A stretch of DNA of 64,000 nt from Emticicia sp. (GCF_049241225.1 NZ_JBMLRC010000020.1:7259-71258), one strand, 5' to 3'; counted from the first letter of the stretch, positions 30,458 through 41,176 are shown. A program made the numbers and translations. Notes: generated by a model from the sequence alone, not told the origin.

Positions 30458-31414
30458 TTATCCTTTTCTTGCAATCACTTTCAATGCTTTTTCAACGATT
30501 GTTGCAGCATTTAAGCCGTATTTCTCCATCAATTGAGCAGGAGTTCCAGACTCACCGAATGAATTATCTACCGCTACGTATTCTTGTGGAGCTAAAAAGT
30601 TTTTCGCTAAAGTCTGAGCAATTGCATCGCCCAAACCTCCATTCATTTGGTGTTCTTCGCACGAAACTACGCATTTTGTTTTACGAACAGATTTCAAGAT
30701 AGCTTTTTCGTCTAGAGGCTTGATAGTGTGAATATTAACGATTTCAGCACTGATGCCTTTTGCTTCCAAAATTTCACACGCTTGAATTGCTTCCCAAACC
30801 AAGTGACCTGTTGCAAAGATACTTACATCTTTACCTTCCGAAACCATCCATGCTTTTCCGATTTCAAATTTTTGGTCAGGAGCTGTGAAAACTGGCACAA
30901 CTGGGCGACCAAAACGTAAGTAAACTGGACCTTCGTGTTCGGCAGCGGCGATTGTGGCCGCTTTTGTTTGGTTAAAATCACAAGGATTAATAACTGTCAT
31001 ATTTGGTAATGAACGCATCATGGCTAAATCTTCTAAGATTTGGTGAGTTGCACCATCTTCGCCTAATGTGAGACCAGCATGTGAAACGGCAATCTTAACG
31101 TTTTTGTCAGAATAAGCTACTGACTGACGGATTTGGTCATATACACGGCTCGAACCAAAGTTAGCGAAAGTTGTAGCAAACGGAATTTTTCCACCGATTG
31201 TCAAACCAGCCGCTACACCTATCATATTTGCCTCAGCAATACCGCATTGGATAAAACGCTCAGGGTTTTCTTTGATGAACGTATCAATTTTCAATGAACC
31301 CACTAAGTCGGCACAGAGTGTCACGACATTAGGATTTGTGCGACCAAGCTCGGTCATGCCCGCTCCGAATCCAGAGCGTGTATCTTTTTTCTCGGTAAAT
31401 GGATATTTTGTCAT
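30458..31414 (-). CDS. Transketolase, C-terminal subunit
   Basis: GIAEANM, GEDGATHQ, YLRFGR and HTIKPLD. Confidence 0.94.
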   Translation of the reverse strand: MTKYPFTEKKDTRSGFGAGMTELGRTNPNVVTLCADLVGSLKIDTFIKENPERFIQCGIAEANMIGVAAGLTIGGKIPFATTFANFGSSRVYDQIRQSVAYSDKNVKIAVSHAGLTLGEDGATHQILEDLAMMRSLPNMTVINPCDFNQTKAATIAAAEHEGPVYLRFGRPVVPVFTAPDQKFEIGKAWMVSEGKDVSIFATGHLVWEAIQACEILEAKGISAEIVNIHTIKPLDEKAILKSVRKTKCVVSCEEHQMNGGLGDAIAQTLAKNFLAPQEYVAVDNSFGESGTPAQLMEKYGLNAATIVEKALKVIARKG

Positions 31415-31502
31415 TTTTATAATATCGTTTTTCAAACAATCATCAATGAGTGTTTGATTGGAGAGGTTTTCTTGAATAACTTAAACTTAGTATTGATTTG
31501 GT

Positions 31503-32369
31503 TTAATAATCTCCCAAAGTCTCTGGTAGTTGAGCCAATGCTGCTGCCAATTGCTCGTCGTTTGGAGCTACACCGTGCCATTTGTGGCTTCCCATCATGA
31601 AGTCAACGCCAGCACCCATTTCAGTTTTTAATAAAATCATTACTGGTTGACCTTTGCCCAATAAACGTTTTGCTTTACGCAAACCCGCTACTACTTGTTC
31701 CATGTCATTACCATCTTTGATTTCCATTACATTCCAGCCGAATGCTTTGTATTTAGCTTTCAAATCACGGTTCGACATTACTTTTTCAGTCGGGCCGTCA
31801 ATTTGTTGTCCGTTTAAGTCGATGATACCAACCAAGTTGTCCAATTTGTGGTGCGGAGCGGCTTGTGCTGCTTCCCAAACTTGTCCTTCTTGTTGCTCGC
31901 CATCGCCCATTAGGCAATAAACCGTAGTTTTTTCGCCATTCAGACGTTTCGCCAATGCTGCACCAATTGCTACCGACAAGCCTTGTCCGAGTGAACCTGA
32001 CGCAATACGGATACCTGGAAGATGCTCATGCGTAGTCGGGTGACCTTGTAAACGTGAATTTATTTTACGGAAAGTAGCCAATTCTGCTTTATCGAAATAG
32101 CCTCTGTGAGCCAAAACGCTATAAAAAACAGGCGAAATATGGCCATTTGAAAGGAAAAATAAATCTTCGTTTGTGGCGTCCATGTTAAAAGTAAGGAATC
32201 CGCCTTTACCTTTACGGTTGTTGATTTTCATTTGTTGGAAGTAAAGTCCAACAATTACATCAGTACAACCTAATGAACCACCTGGGTGACCTGATTGACA
32301 GCCATGAACCATTCTAACGATGTCTCGACGTACCTGCGAAGCGATGTCTTGTAATTCTTTGGTTTGCAT
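31503..32369 (-). CDS. Transketolase, N-terminal TPP-binding subunit
   Basis: SGHPGGSL, LSNGH, GSLGQGLS and GDGE..EG. Confidence 0.95.
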   Translation of the reverse strand: MQTKELQDIASQVRRDIVRMVHGCQSGHPGGSLGCTDVIVGLYFQQMKINNRKGKGGFLTFNMDATNEDLFFLSNGHISPVFYSVLAHRGYFDKAELATFRKINSRLQGHPTTHEHLPGIRIASGSLGQGLSVAIGAALAKRLNGEKTTVYCLMGDGEQQEGQVWEAAQAAPHHKLDNLVGIIDLNGQQIDGPTEKVMSNRDLKAKYKAFGWNVMEIKDGNDMEQVVAGLRKAKRLLGKGQPVMILLKTEMGAGVDFMMGSHKWHGVAPNDEQLAAALAQLPETLGDY

Positions 32370-32478
32370 TTACAAATAATTATTAAGTGTCAAATATACA
32401 ATTAATACAAAAGTAATAAAAAAATATAAAAAAGGAATATTTTACTTAGTATTATGCAAAAGTAAGCAATACATCTTG

Positions 32479-32528
32479 CTTTCAAAACACAAAAACCTCA
32501 CGAATGTGAGGTTTTTGTGTTTTGAAAG
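32479..32528. terminator. Perfect 23-bp-stem hairpin downstream of bcp
   Basis: ctttcaaaacacaaaaacctcac-gaat-gtgaggtttttgtgttttgaaag. Confidence 0.75.
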
Positions 32529-32559
32529 GTTTATCGTGTTAAAAATCAGCTGTTTGGGT

Positions 32560-33009
32560 TTATCCTAATATCTGCTCGGCATGATTTTTTGTATCTACTT
32601 TCTGAATGATTTCTTCGATGATACCTTTTTCATCAATCACGAAAGTTGTGCGTACGATACCCATGTAAGTACGGCCATACATTGATTTTTCGGCCCAAAC
32701 ACCATAATCATTCACAATTTTTTGGTCGGTATCGGCCAGCAAATCAAATGGTAACTCGTATTTTTTTATGAATTTTTGATGCGATTTTTCGTCGTCAACG
32801 CTTACACCTAAAACTACATATCCTTTTGCCAAAAGCGTTTCATAATTATCTCGAAGGCTACATGCCTGTGCGGTGCAACCAGGTGTGGAATCTTTGGGAT
32901 AAAAGTATAGTATTACTTTTTTGCCTAAATAATCTGATAAATTAACGACGTTTCCTAGTTGATTTTTTGCTTGAATTTTTGGAGCTGGACTTCCTACTTT
33001 TAGAGACAT
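32560..33009 (-). CDS. bcp: Thioredoxin-dependent thiol peroxidase
   Basis: LYFYPKDSTPGCTAQAC and RTTFVID. Confidence 0.95.
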   Translation of the reverse strand: MSLKVGSPAPKIQAKNQLGNVVNLSDYLGKKVILYFYPKDSTPGCTAQACSLRDNYETLLAKGYVVLGVSVDDEKSHQKFIKKYELPFDLLADTDQKIVNDYGVWAEKSMYGRTYMGIVRTTFVIDEKGIIEEIIQKVDTKNHAEQILG

Positions 33010-35011
33010 TTTTCTTGCTTTTTGAGGTTTTCTTCGATGATGACTTCTTCGTAACTTTTTTTATGGCTCTTTGTGTGGCAATAAATTCGTCGATATCGAC
33101 TTCATAAACAGCCAAATTACCTACATTATCTGTTACCTCTAACTTCAAATCACCGTTAAATGTTTCTGACTCATCAAGTTTTATTGACCAAATGCGGTTA
33201 GATTTATATTCGTAGTCCATCAATACCCAGCGGCCATTTACATAGCAGTTGAAGTTTTTGATACCCGAAAGTGCATCTGAAATCGTAAATCGCAATTCGG
33301 TTGAATCAATTCTTACCGGTCTAATATTGGGAGCTTCGTAATCAGTAAACACTTGGAAATCGCCTAATTCTTTGGTCTTGAACTGAATCTGATTGCCGAG
33401 CCATGTACCTCCCAAATATTTTCTACCATCATTTACATAATAGACACCTGTTTTCGGAGAGGCTGCCACTCCCGATGGAGTCCAAGTTACAGTTATAAAA
33501 TCTTTAAGTGGAATTTTTTCGGTATTTATCGAAAGACGATTTCCACCTATTGTAGTTTTTAGATATAGAGTATCATAAAGGGCATCCGCAAAATCAATAT
33601 TTAAATTAGGTTCTGAATAATACTGACCCTTTTGCGGTAAAACTTCTTGCTTAATGTTTAATCTTTCAGAACTGTTTTCGACTTGAATAAAATCGGCAAT
33701 GCCTTTGTTCAAATCATGTAAATAAACTGATTCAGGCCCTCGACGGTAAGCTAGCGGAACGGCTGTTGGTATGCCTTTGTACTGTAGAATTGCGGCTGGT
33801 GCTTTTGCATTTTTTGCTCTTATTGCCAATGTATTTTCAGTAATTGAGGTGGATATATTCCCTGAATAATTACTTTCTTCGGCTAATTCTTCGGTAAAAG
33901 TTTCATTGGGTTGGTCGCCCTGAATCGAAAAATTCATAATTGAAGTATTGCCGTAGGTATCTTTCACCTCAACCGAAACTCGGTGGATTTCTTTATCTTT
34001 TATAACAATTTTGCCTTGATTTTGGTCAGTTTCGTAAATTGAAAGACGATTTCCATCCGCAACATAGCATTTCTGAATTCTAACGCCATTACTTTCGGCA
34101 ATGTCATAATCAATATGTACATTGATGTCTTTCGAAATATCAAATGGCATTTTTTCTAAGCTAAGTTTATAGCTGGTGTTTCCATCGATTTTTACCTCAA
34201 CGTCAGTTACTCCCAAACGAAATGGAGAGTTTTGGCTACGGTCATAGGTATTGAGTTCGAGACCAATTGTACCATGGGCTTTAACAATAGTTGGAATGGT
34301 GTAGTTACCATCTGCGGTGCGAGTAGGAGCAATAGAAACTCGGCCAAATTCGCCATTTACGCGTGAATAGGCATTAAGAGTTTTTAAGATAACTCGCTCA
34401 ATGACAGGAGCTTGCGAATCTTGAATTTCCCAAAAACCAAATTTTAAAGGATTAATGGCGTTTTCGGCTTCATCACGAATTTCAAAGTGGAGGTGCGGCC
34501 CACCTGATGCACCAGTATTACCACCAATTCCTACAATTTCGCCTTTCCTCACCGTAAGGTCTTTTGGAGATGGTGAAAGCTCTATATCCCAAACTTGCTG
34601 ATTATATTCTCTCTGACGAACGTATTGTTCGATTCGAGCATTAAAGTTTTTCAAGTGACCATAAACCGTCGTGTAGCCATTGGGGTGTGTAATATAAATA
34701 ACATTCCCATAGCCACCACGCATTACTCTAATCTTTGAAACGTAACCTTCGGCTGCCGCATATACCTGATAGCCTTCTACTCCTCCTGTTCTGATATCGA
34801 CACCTGCATGAAAATGATTTGTGCGTAGATCGCCAAAACCACCTGATAATGATGCTTGCTGGCCCGGCTGAATCGGAAACATAAAATAGCCTTGTGGATA
34901 TTCTTGTTTTTGATTATTTTTTCTTCTTTGGGCAAAAACTCTATTTGAAGAGGTATCCGATAATAAATAGGTTATGAGCAAAAGCGTGCTTAAAATACGT
35001 GTAATAATCAT
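32942..35011 (-). CDS. Exported M23 family metallopeptidase with a Lys/Ser-rich tail
   Basis: HFHAGVD (HxxxD), YGHL and GPHLHFEIR (HxH). Overlaps bcp by 68 nt. Confidence 0.9.
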   Translation of the reverse strand: MIITRILSTLLLITYLLSDTSSNRVFAQRRKNNQKQEYPQGYFMFPIQPGQQASLSGGFGDLRTNHFHAGVDIRTGGVEGYQVYAAAEGYVSKIRVMRGGYGNVIYITHPNGYTTVYGHLKNFNARIEQYVRQREYNQQVWDIELSPSPKDLTVRKGEIVGIGGNTGASGGPHLHFEIRDEAENAINPLKFGFWEIQDSQAPVIERVILKTLNAYSRVNGEFGRVSIAPTRTADGNYTIPTIVKAHGTIGLELNTYDRSQNSPFRLGVTDVEVKIDGNTSYKLSLEKMPFDISKDINVHIDYDIAESNGVRIQKCYVADGNRLSIYETDQNQGKIVIKDKEIHRVSVEVKDTYGNTSIMNFSIQGDQPNETFTEELAEESNYSGNISTSITENTLAIRAKNAKAPAAILQYKGIPTAVPLAYRRGPESVYLHDLNKGIADFIQVENSSERLNIKQEVLPQKGQYYSEPNLNIDFADALYDTLYLKTTIGGNRLSINTEKIPLKDFITVTWTPSGVAASPKTGVYYVNDGRKYLGGTWLGNQIQFKTKELGDFQVFTDYEAPNIRPVRIDSTELRFTISDALSGIKNFNCYVNGRWVLMDYEYKSNRIWSIKLDESETFNGDLKLEVTDNVGNLAVYEVDIDEFIATQRAIKKVTKKSSSKKTSKSKKNVSKSRKSSSKNSSKKSTRKRR

Positions 35012-35118
35012 AAGTACCCATAACCCCAAGTAAGGGATTTATTAATATGTAAAATATTTTAACTTCTTTTATTTATGTTTTAAATCAGATCAGAGCATCT
35101 GAATGCCAGAATCCCCAA

Positions 35119-35730
35119 TTATTTTACTTCAAATTCTAACATTTTTTCACTCTCGATGTAAGCAGTTAGCGTATCGCCAGCTTTTACAGCCGCAACACCT
35201 GCTGGAGTTCCAGTGAAAATAATATCTCCGGTTTTTAAGGTAAAGTATTTTGAGATAAAAGCAATGATGGTATCAATCGGATAGAGCATCATTGAAGTAT
35301 TGCCTTCTTGACGCAGCTGACCATTGACGTCCAAGTGAAAGTTTAGGTTTGTCAAATCTGCAAATTTTGATTTAGGAACAAAATTTGAAATAGGAGCGGA
35401 GCCATTGAATCCTTTGGCTAAATCCCACGGTAAACCCTTTGCTTTTAATTTAGATTGAATATCACGAGCTGTAAAATCAATACCAATTCCTATTTCATCG
35501 TAGTATTTATGGGCAAATTTTTCCTCAATGTTTTTTCCCATTTTACTGATTTTAACCAATATCTCAACTTCATGATGAATGTCTTGTGAAAAATCAGGAT
35601 AATAAAATGGCTCTCCGTCGCGTAGAATTGCCGTTTCGGGTTTGGTGAATATAACGGGTTCGTCAGGTCGTTCGTTATTAAGTTCTTTGATGTGTTCGGC
35701 GTAGTTTCGACCAATAGCGATGATTTTCAT
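35119..35730 (-). CDS. Fumarylacetoacetate hydrolase family protein
   Basis: IGRNYAEH, HHEVE, DFTARD and GDIIFTGTPAGV. Confidence 0.93.
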   Translation of the reverse strand: MKIIAIGRNYAEHIKELNNERPDEPVIFTKPETAILRDGEPFYYPDFSQDIHHEVEILVKISKMGKNIEEKFAHKYYDEIGIGIDFTARDIQSKLKAKGLPWDLAKGFNGSAPISNFVPKSKFADLTNLNFHLDVNGQLRQEGNTSMMLYPIDTIIAFISKYFTLKTGDIIFTGTPAGVAAVKAGDTLTAYIESEKMLEFEVK

Positions 35731-35946
35731 GAAAAAATATTATAAAATTTGAAGAAAGACTTTCGGATGAATTGACAATATTTGCAAGGAAAAATTTCAA
35801 TTCTGTTTACAAAAATAGGCAATAAATCATTTGTAAGCACCCTTAGCTTGGCATAATTTTTTTTAGTTTTCAGAAAAATACTTTTTCATAAGTGTGATTT
35901 TTTTAACAATAAAACGTCTAAAAGTAAATTTTAATTATAGAAAACA

Positions 35947-36780
35947 ATGAGAACAATTTTTAAATCTTCGATCACTGCATTAGGTTTAGTGATAATTATA
36001 TGGGCATGCCAGCGAGTACCACTTACTAATCGCAAACAATTTGTTGGCTTAGTATCTAACGAACAAATGATGACTATGAGCTTCACTGAGTATAAAGGTT
36101 TCATGGATACATCTAAAGTGGTATCTCAAAATAATAGAGATGCTGAAATGATTGCCCGTGTAGGTGGAAGAATCAAAACGGCAGTAGAAAATTATTTGAT
36201 TCAGAATAATTATAGTCAAGTAATTGATGGGTATCAATGGGAATTTAAATTAGTTCAAAATAAAGAGTTAAATGCTTGGTGTATGCCTGGTGGGAAGGTT
36301 TGTTTTTATACTGGTATTTTACCAATTTGCAAGGATGAAGCAGGTGTTGCTGTTGTAATGGGACACGAAATCGCTCACGCTATTGCCAGTCATGGTCGTG
36401 AAAGAATGAGTCAGGCTTTAGCTGCTCAAGGTATCACACAAATCGGAGCTGTAGGTGCAGGAGTTGCAACCGGGAATCAACAAGTCATGGAAATAGCCGG
36501 ACAAGTGTTAGGGGTTGGCTCTCAACTTGGCTATGTTTTGCCAAATAGCCGACGCCAAGAATCTGAGGCCGATAAATTAGGTCTTATTTTTATGGCAATG
36601 GCTGGTTATAATCCTTCAAATGCCGTAGATTTTTGGAAAAGAATGGCAGAAGCAGGTGCGAAATCACAGAAGCCTCCAAAAATGCTTTCGACTCACCCAG
36701 CCGACGAAACACGTATTGCTGACTTAGAAAAACAAATGCCACAAGCACAGAAATATTACAAGGCATATACCAGTAGATAA
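35947..36780 (+). CDS. M48 family metallopeptidase lipoprotein
   Basis: Lipobox-like IWAC, NAWCMPGG, HEIAH, ESEAD and STHP. Confidence 0.93.
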   Translation: MRTIFKSSITALGLVIIIWACQRVPLTNRKQFVGLVSNEQMMTMSFTEYKGFMDTSKVVSQNNRDAEMIARVGGRIKTAVENYLIQNNYSQVIDGYQWEFKLVQNKELNAWCMPGGKVCFYTGILPICKDEAGVAVVMGHEIAHAIASHGRERMSQALAAQGITQIGAVGAGVATGNQQVMEIAGQVLGVGSQLGYVLPNSRRQESEADKLGLIFMAMAGYNPSNAVDFWKRMAEAGAKSQKPPKMLSTHPADETRIADLEKQMPQAQKYYKAYTSR

Positions 36781-37193
36781 TGATGGAAATTAGACAAATT
36801 GAAGCTTCTGATACTTGGCCGCTAAGGCATAAAGTGATGTGGCCAAATAAACCACTCGAATTTGTAGTCCTTCTCAACGATGAAGAAGGACTACATTTTG
36901 GTGTTTATGAAAAGGAGATTCTGGTTTCTGTGATTTCCTTATTTGTAAATGGTAATGAAGGACATTTTAGAAAATTTGCCACTGATGAGTATTTTCAGGG
37001 AAGAGGTTTTGGATCAAAGCTATTAAATCATGTAATAACTGAGGCAAAACAAATGCAACTAGTAAATCTAAAATGTAATGCCCGAGTATCTGCCATCGAG
37101 TTTTATCAACGATTTGGAATGAAAGTAGCTTCTGATATTATCCGAAAAAATGGAAAGGACTATGTACTTATGGAACTGGCGTTAATTAATTAA
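36780..37193 (+). CDS. GNAT family N-acetyltransferase
   Basis: FQGRGFGSKLL acetyl-CoA motif and NAR..AIEFYQRFG. Confidence 0.9.
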   Translation: MMEIRQIEASDTWPLRHKVMWPNKPLEFVVLLNDEEGLHFGVYEKEILVSVISLFVNGNEGHFRKFATDEYFQGRGFGSKLLNHVITEAKQMQLVNLKCNARVSAIEFYQRFGMKVASDIIRKNGKDYVLMELALIN

Positions 37194-37217
37194 TGTATTG
37201 GTAGAAAAAGATAAAAT

Positions 37218-37658
37218 ATGCTTAACTCTCTAATTAAACTTTATGATCGTGATTTGAGACGCTTATGTGAAGAAATTGAGTCTTATAAAAATGAGATTGA
37301 TTTATGGAAAATTGAATCCGAAATCAATAATTCAGCTGGCAATATTTGTTTGCACTTGATTGGTAATCTAAACCATTATATTGGGCATCAATTAGGTGGC
37401 ACCAATTACGTAAGAGATAGGCCATTGGAGTTTTCTGATAAAAATATACCTAAAGCAATTCTGATTGAAAGGGTAAATTCGACTAGATTAATGCTCCATG
37501 AAGTTCTGCCGAGCATCTCTGCCGAAGTATTAGCACAAAAGCACACCACAGAGTTTTACGAGGGCAATGATACAAATGAATTTTTTTTAATTCATTTACT
37601 TTCACACCTTAATTATCATCTTGGTCAAGTGAATTATCATAGAAGATTGATAAATTAG
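37218..37658 (+). CDS. DinB superfamily protein
   Basis: NSAGNICLHLIGNL, RDR..EF and HLNYHLGQVNYHRR. Confidence 0.88.
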   Translation: MLNSLIKLYDRDLRRLCEEIESYKNEIDLWKIESEINNSAGNICLHLIGNLNHYIGHQLGGTNYVRDRPLEFSDKNIPKAILIERVNSTRLMLHEVLPSISAEVLAQKHTTEFYEGNDTNEFFLIHLLSHLNYHLGQVNYHRRLIN

Positions 37659-37665
37659 TATAACA

Positions 37666-37698
37666 AAGGAAGGCTTCCCTCAAAGGGAAGCCTTCCTT
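37666..37698. terminator. Hairpin between convergent genes
   Basis: aaggaaggcttccct / agggaagccttcctt. Confidence 0.7.
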
Positions 37699-37701
37699 AT
37701 A

Positions 37702-38211
37702 TTATCTACCAAAATCGTCTTGGACTCTTACAATATCATCTTCATCAGAAGGGTTTTCAGCATCGGTATGTTGCCAAATTTCAGCAATAATTCCCCAGCT
37801 ATCGAGTCCGATTAATCTGTGTCTTTCACCCTGTTTAAGATTAATGATGGTCCCGATTGGCAATGTTTGAAGTTCGTTTTCTTCATTAGTTTCGCTGGTT
37901 ACGACGCCTGCAACACCACCAATAACTTTCCAGATTTCAGCTCTGCGGAAGTGATATTGCCACGAAAGACGTTTTTGTGGAGCAACAACTAAAATTTTCG
38001 GACTAAGTTTTTGTCCAACCCCAAAATCATTGAGAGATAAGTGAGGGAAGTAAGTTTGTATAAACTGTGGAGCTTGAGATTCGTCTAAAACAAAAAAGCC
38101 ACCCCACGGACGACTCTGATCTTGTTTATCGATTTTGAATCCTAATTCCAATATGTTTTTCTCAACAGTATCAAATACTGTTTTTTTTTCTGTTTCGGCT
38201 GAAAAATTCAT
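37702..38211 (-). CDS. Cupin protein, mannose-6-phosphate isomerase type II C-terminal-like
   Basis: RPWGGF, LSWQYHFRRAEIW, HRL and EDDIVRVQDDFGR. Confidence 0.85.
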   Translation of the reverse strand: MNFSAETEKKTVFDTVEKNILELGFKIDKQDQSRPWGGFFVLDESQAPQFIQTYFPHLSLNDFGVGQKLSPKILVVAPQKRLSWQYHFRRAEIWKVIGGVAGVVTSETNEENELQTLPIGTIINLKQGERHRLIGLDSWGIIAEIWQHTDAENPSDEDDIVRVQDDFGR

Positions 38212-38382
38212 GTGATTGTGTAAGAATGAAGTTTTAATGAATTAATTTTGCATGCAAAATTAGTGTTTTTTATGACTTAGTTCTGCTTTTTACAGTAATA
38301 AACTCAAATAGTCATATTTATTATTTTGTTTCCTCGATATTTTCAAAAAAGTAATTTAATGGGCAAATATTGAGAATCGTAT

Positions 38383-39288
38383 ATGATAACAGTTGAAAAA
38401 ATTGATACGTTTACTGGGCATAGAGATTGCGTTTATGCATTAGAAAACACAAATGAAAACCACCGTTTTTTTTCGGCTGCGGGTGATGGTTTTGTTGTAA
38501 GGTGGAATTTGCAAAAGCCAGATGTTGGTGAAATGATAGCGAAAGTTGGGCATTCGGTTTATTCAATGGTTTACATACCAGCCGAAAATCATCTATGGAT
38601 CATAGAAAACTTTGAAGGAATTCATGTAATTGATATCGAAACAAAAAAAGAACTTAAAACCTTAAAGTTAGCTCCAACTAATTATTTTGACATACAGGTT
38701 TACCAAAACATAGCGTTTGTTGCTGGTGGAGATGGCGTGATTTCGATTATTGATTGTGACAACCTCAATTTTATTAAGCATATAAAAGCCTCAGAAATGA
38801 GTGCTCGATGTATATCGATCAATCCGGTCGAAAGAGAGTTTGCTGTTGGATTTAGCGATAACACCATTAAAATTTTTGATTTGCAGACTTACCAGTTAAA
38901 ACAAGTCATAGAAGCTCACCTTAACTCAGTTTTTACATTAAAATATTCTCCTAATTTTAGGTATTTGCTTTCAGGTAGTAGAGATGCCCGATTAAAAGTT
39001 TGGGATGTTGAGCAAAAATATGCTTTAGAAAAGGAAATAGTAGCTCATACTTTTGCCATTAATGATATTGTTTACAGCCCTGATTATAAATACTTTGCCA
39101 CTTGCAGCATGGATAAATCTGTGAAGATTTGGAACGCGGAAAGCTTTAAACTTTTAAAGGTAATTGACCGAGCCAGACACGCTGGGCATGGTACATCAGT
39201 TAATAAAGTTCTTTGGACAAAATTCAACAATCAGATAGTTTCAGCAAGTGATGATCGCACTATTTCGGTTTGGGAACTAAATTTCTAA
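38383..39288 (+). CDS. WD40-repeat protein
   Basis: GH/AH...SxDxxxKxW repeats, e.g. SGSRDARLKVWD and SMDKSVKIWN. Confidence 0.92.
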   Translation: MITVEKIDTFTGHRDCVYALENTNENHRFFSAAGDGFVVRWNLQKPDVGEMIAKVGHSVYSMVYIPAENHLWIIENFEGIHVIDIETKKELKTLKLAPTNYFDIQVYQNIAFVAGGDGVISIIDCDNLNFIKHIKASEMSARCISINPVEREFAVGFSDNTIKIFDLQTYQLKQVIEAHLNSVFTLKYSPNFRYLLSGSRDARLKVWDVEQKYALEKEIVAHTFAINDIVYSPDYKYFATCSMDKSVKIWNAESFKLLKVIDRARHAGHGTSVNKVLWTKFNNQIVSASDDRTISVWELNF

Positions 39289-39496
39289 ATCGATTAAATG
39301 GCATTGTATTTGAATAAATGTATTAAATTTTAAATATTAAACATACTTTTTTTGTTACTTTTGCTGATTAACTTATATTTAATTTAATTTTTGATTGAAA
39401 ATATTATTTTTTGAGTATTTCAGCAATCGAAAAGGGCAGAGACCTACTGCTCAGTCATCAGAAAACGTTTCAGAATTCCCTAAAACATTTTTAAAA

Positions 39497-41068
39497 ATGA
39501 AGATTACACCTCTCGAAATACGCCAGCATGAATTTGAAAAAACTTTTAGAGGCTATAATATTGAAGAAGTAGATAGCTTTTTGGGTAACCTTTCTCAGGA
39601 GTGGGAAAGAGTACTCAATGAAAGCAAAATGCTAAGAATGCAACTAGAAATAGCAGAAAAAGAAGCAAATAAGTTGCGTGAGATAGAAATGACGCTATTC
39701 AAAACTCTAAAAACGGCTGAGGATACTAGTACGATGATAACCGAACAGGCGAATCAGCAAGCTGACAAACACCTACAAGAGGCCAAGTTAGAGGGAGAAA
39801 AGTTTTTGATGGAGGCTCAACAAAAAGCAAATCTCATCGTCAGACAAGCCGAAGAGCGTGCAAGGTATATCAAAGAAGAAGTGCTGGGCGATGTGAAAGT
39901 GTTGGAAAGAGATTTCCGTGCGATGGATCACTATAAGACTAATCTTTTAGTACAGATGCGTAGCCTTTCAACCGCAACTCTTGAGCATGTTCAACGATTT
40001 GAAGATAAATTTGATAAAGAGGGCGTTGAGGCGAAATTCAAAGAAGCAACCTCGATGCTTACAGATGAAGAACAGACAAATCCTGAGGTTATCGAGCCCG
40101 AAAATGCGGTTGATATCATCGAATCTGTAGAGTCAGAAATTGCTGTAGTGAATGAAACAGGAGAGATAGTAGAGCCAACCACTGATTCAGTGGAAGCTGA
40201 TATTCCAAGTCTGTTACCTGAAATAAATCATGAAATTGCAGAAGAGGCTGCTCCAGTTAACGTACAAGTCACCGAACCTTTAGTTGAAGAAATTATTGAC
40301 GAAAAAATAATTGTTGAGGAACTAGAAATTATTGAAGACACTCAGGTAGAAATGCCAGAAGTACCAGCGACAATCGTTTCATCCTCAGTGAATAACTATA
40401 TTGAGCCGGAGGTTGAGAAAACGATACCAACACCAAAAGCCGATGAATTAGATATTATCGAAGGAATTGGGCCGAAAATAGCCATGCTTCTATACGATTC
40501 GGGAATTTTTACTTTTAGAGATTTGGCAATAACGCCAGTGTACAAAATACAAGAAATTCTTGACAATGCCGGCCCACAGTTTGCACGACATGACCCAAGT
40601 ACATGGACTCAACAAGCGAAACTTGCAGCTGAAGGGCGTTGGAATGACTTAGAGGCTTTAAAGTTTTACCTAGTTGGTGGAAGAGAGCCGAAAAAAGGTG
40701 AAGAAGCAGTTGAGGCTAATATAAACAATCAACAATTGCTGGAAGATACTTTAGTAGTAGAGAAGCCTGCTTTCGAATCAAATTCAGTTGTTGAAGAAAC
40801 CTCATCTACGCAGTCTATTGTTGTTGATCCGAATTTAGAAGGGCATACTTCACCGAGTACTCAAATAAATCCACCAGTGGAGAATAATCTTGAGTCAATT
40901 ACAGAAGAAATGCTGGAAAAAGTTAATAAAGTGAAGGCCGCAATAAGAAAAGCAATGGTGGAAAAAAATGACGTACAAATTAAAGATAACACGCCTCTGC
41001 CTACACTAAACGATATAATTGCAAAGAATGAAAGCTCGACAGGAAGCTCATTTTTTGATAATTTATAA
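39497..41068 (+). CDS. divIVA: DivIVA-domain protein with an acidic linker and a helix-hairpin-helix domain
   Basis: ITPLEIRQHEFEKTFRGYNIEEVDSFL and a coiled coil, later IEGIGPKIA (HhH). Terminator at about 41087-41120. Confidence 0.88.
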   Translation: MKITPLEIRQHEFEKTFRGYNIEEVDSFLGNLSQEWERVLNESKMLRMQLEIAEKEANKLREIEMTLFKTLKTAEDTSTMITEQANQQADKHLQEAKLEGEKFLMEAQQKANLIVRQAEERARYIKEEVLGDVKVLERDFRAMDHYKTNLLVQMRSLSTATLEHVQRFEDKFDKEGVEAKFKEATSMLTDEEQTNPEVIEPENAVDIIESVESEIAVVNETGEIVEPTTDSVEADIPSLLPEINHEIAEEAAPVNVQVTEPLVEEIIDEKIIVEELEIIEDTQVEMPEVPATIVSSSVNNYIEPEVEKTIPTPKADELDIIEGIGPKIAMLLYDSGIFTFRDLAITPVYKIQEILDNAGPQFARHDPSTWTQQAKLAAEGRWNDLEALKFYLVGGREPKKGEEAVEANINNQQLLEDTLVVEKPAFESNSVVEETSSTQSIVVDPNLEGHTSPSTQINPPVENNLESITEEMLEKVNKVKAAIRKAMVEKNDVQIKDNTPLPTLNDIIAKNESSTGSSFFDNL

Positions 41069-41176
41069 TCGAAAAAAAAAATTTTGGGAGGTTCAAGAGA
41101 TGCTTCTTGAACCTTTTTTTATTCCATTCACAGAATATAGCTATTATTAATTTATTTTTAAAATACGAAGTTTTAT

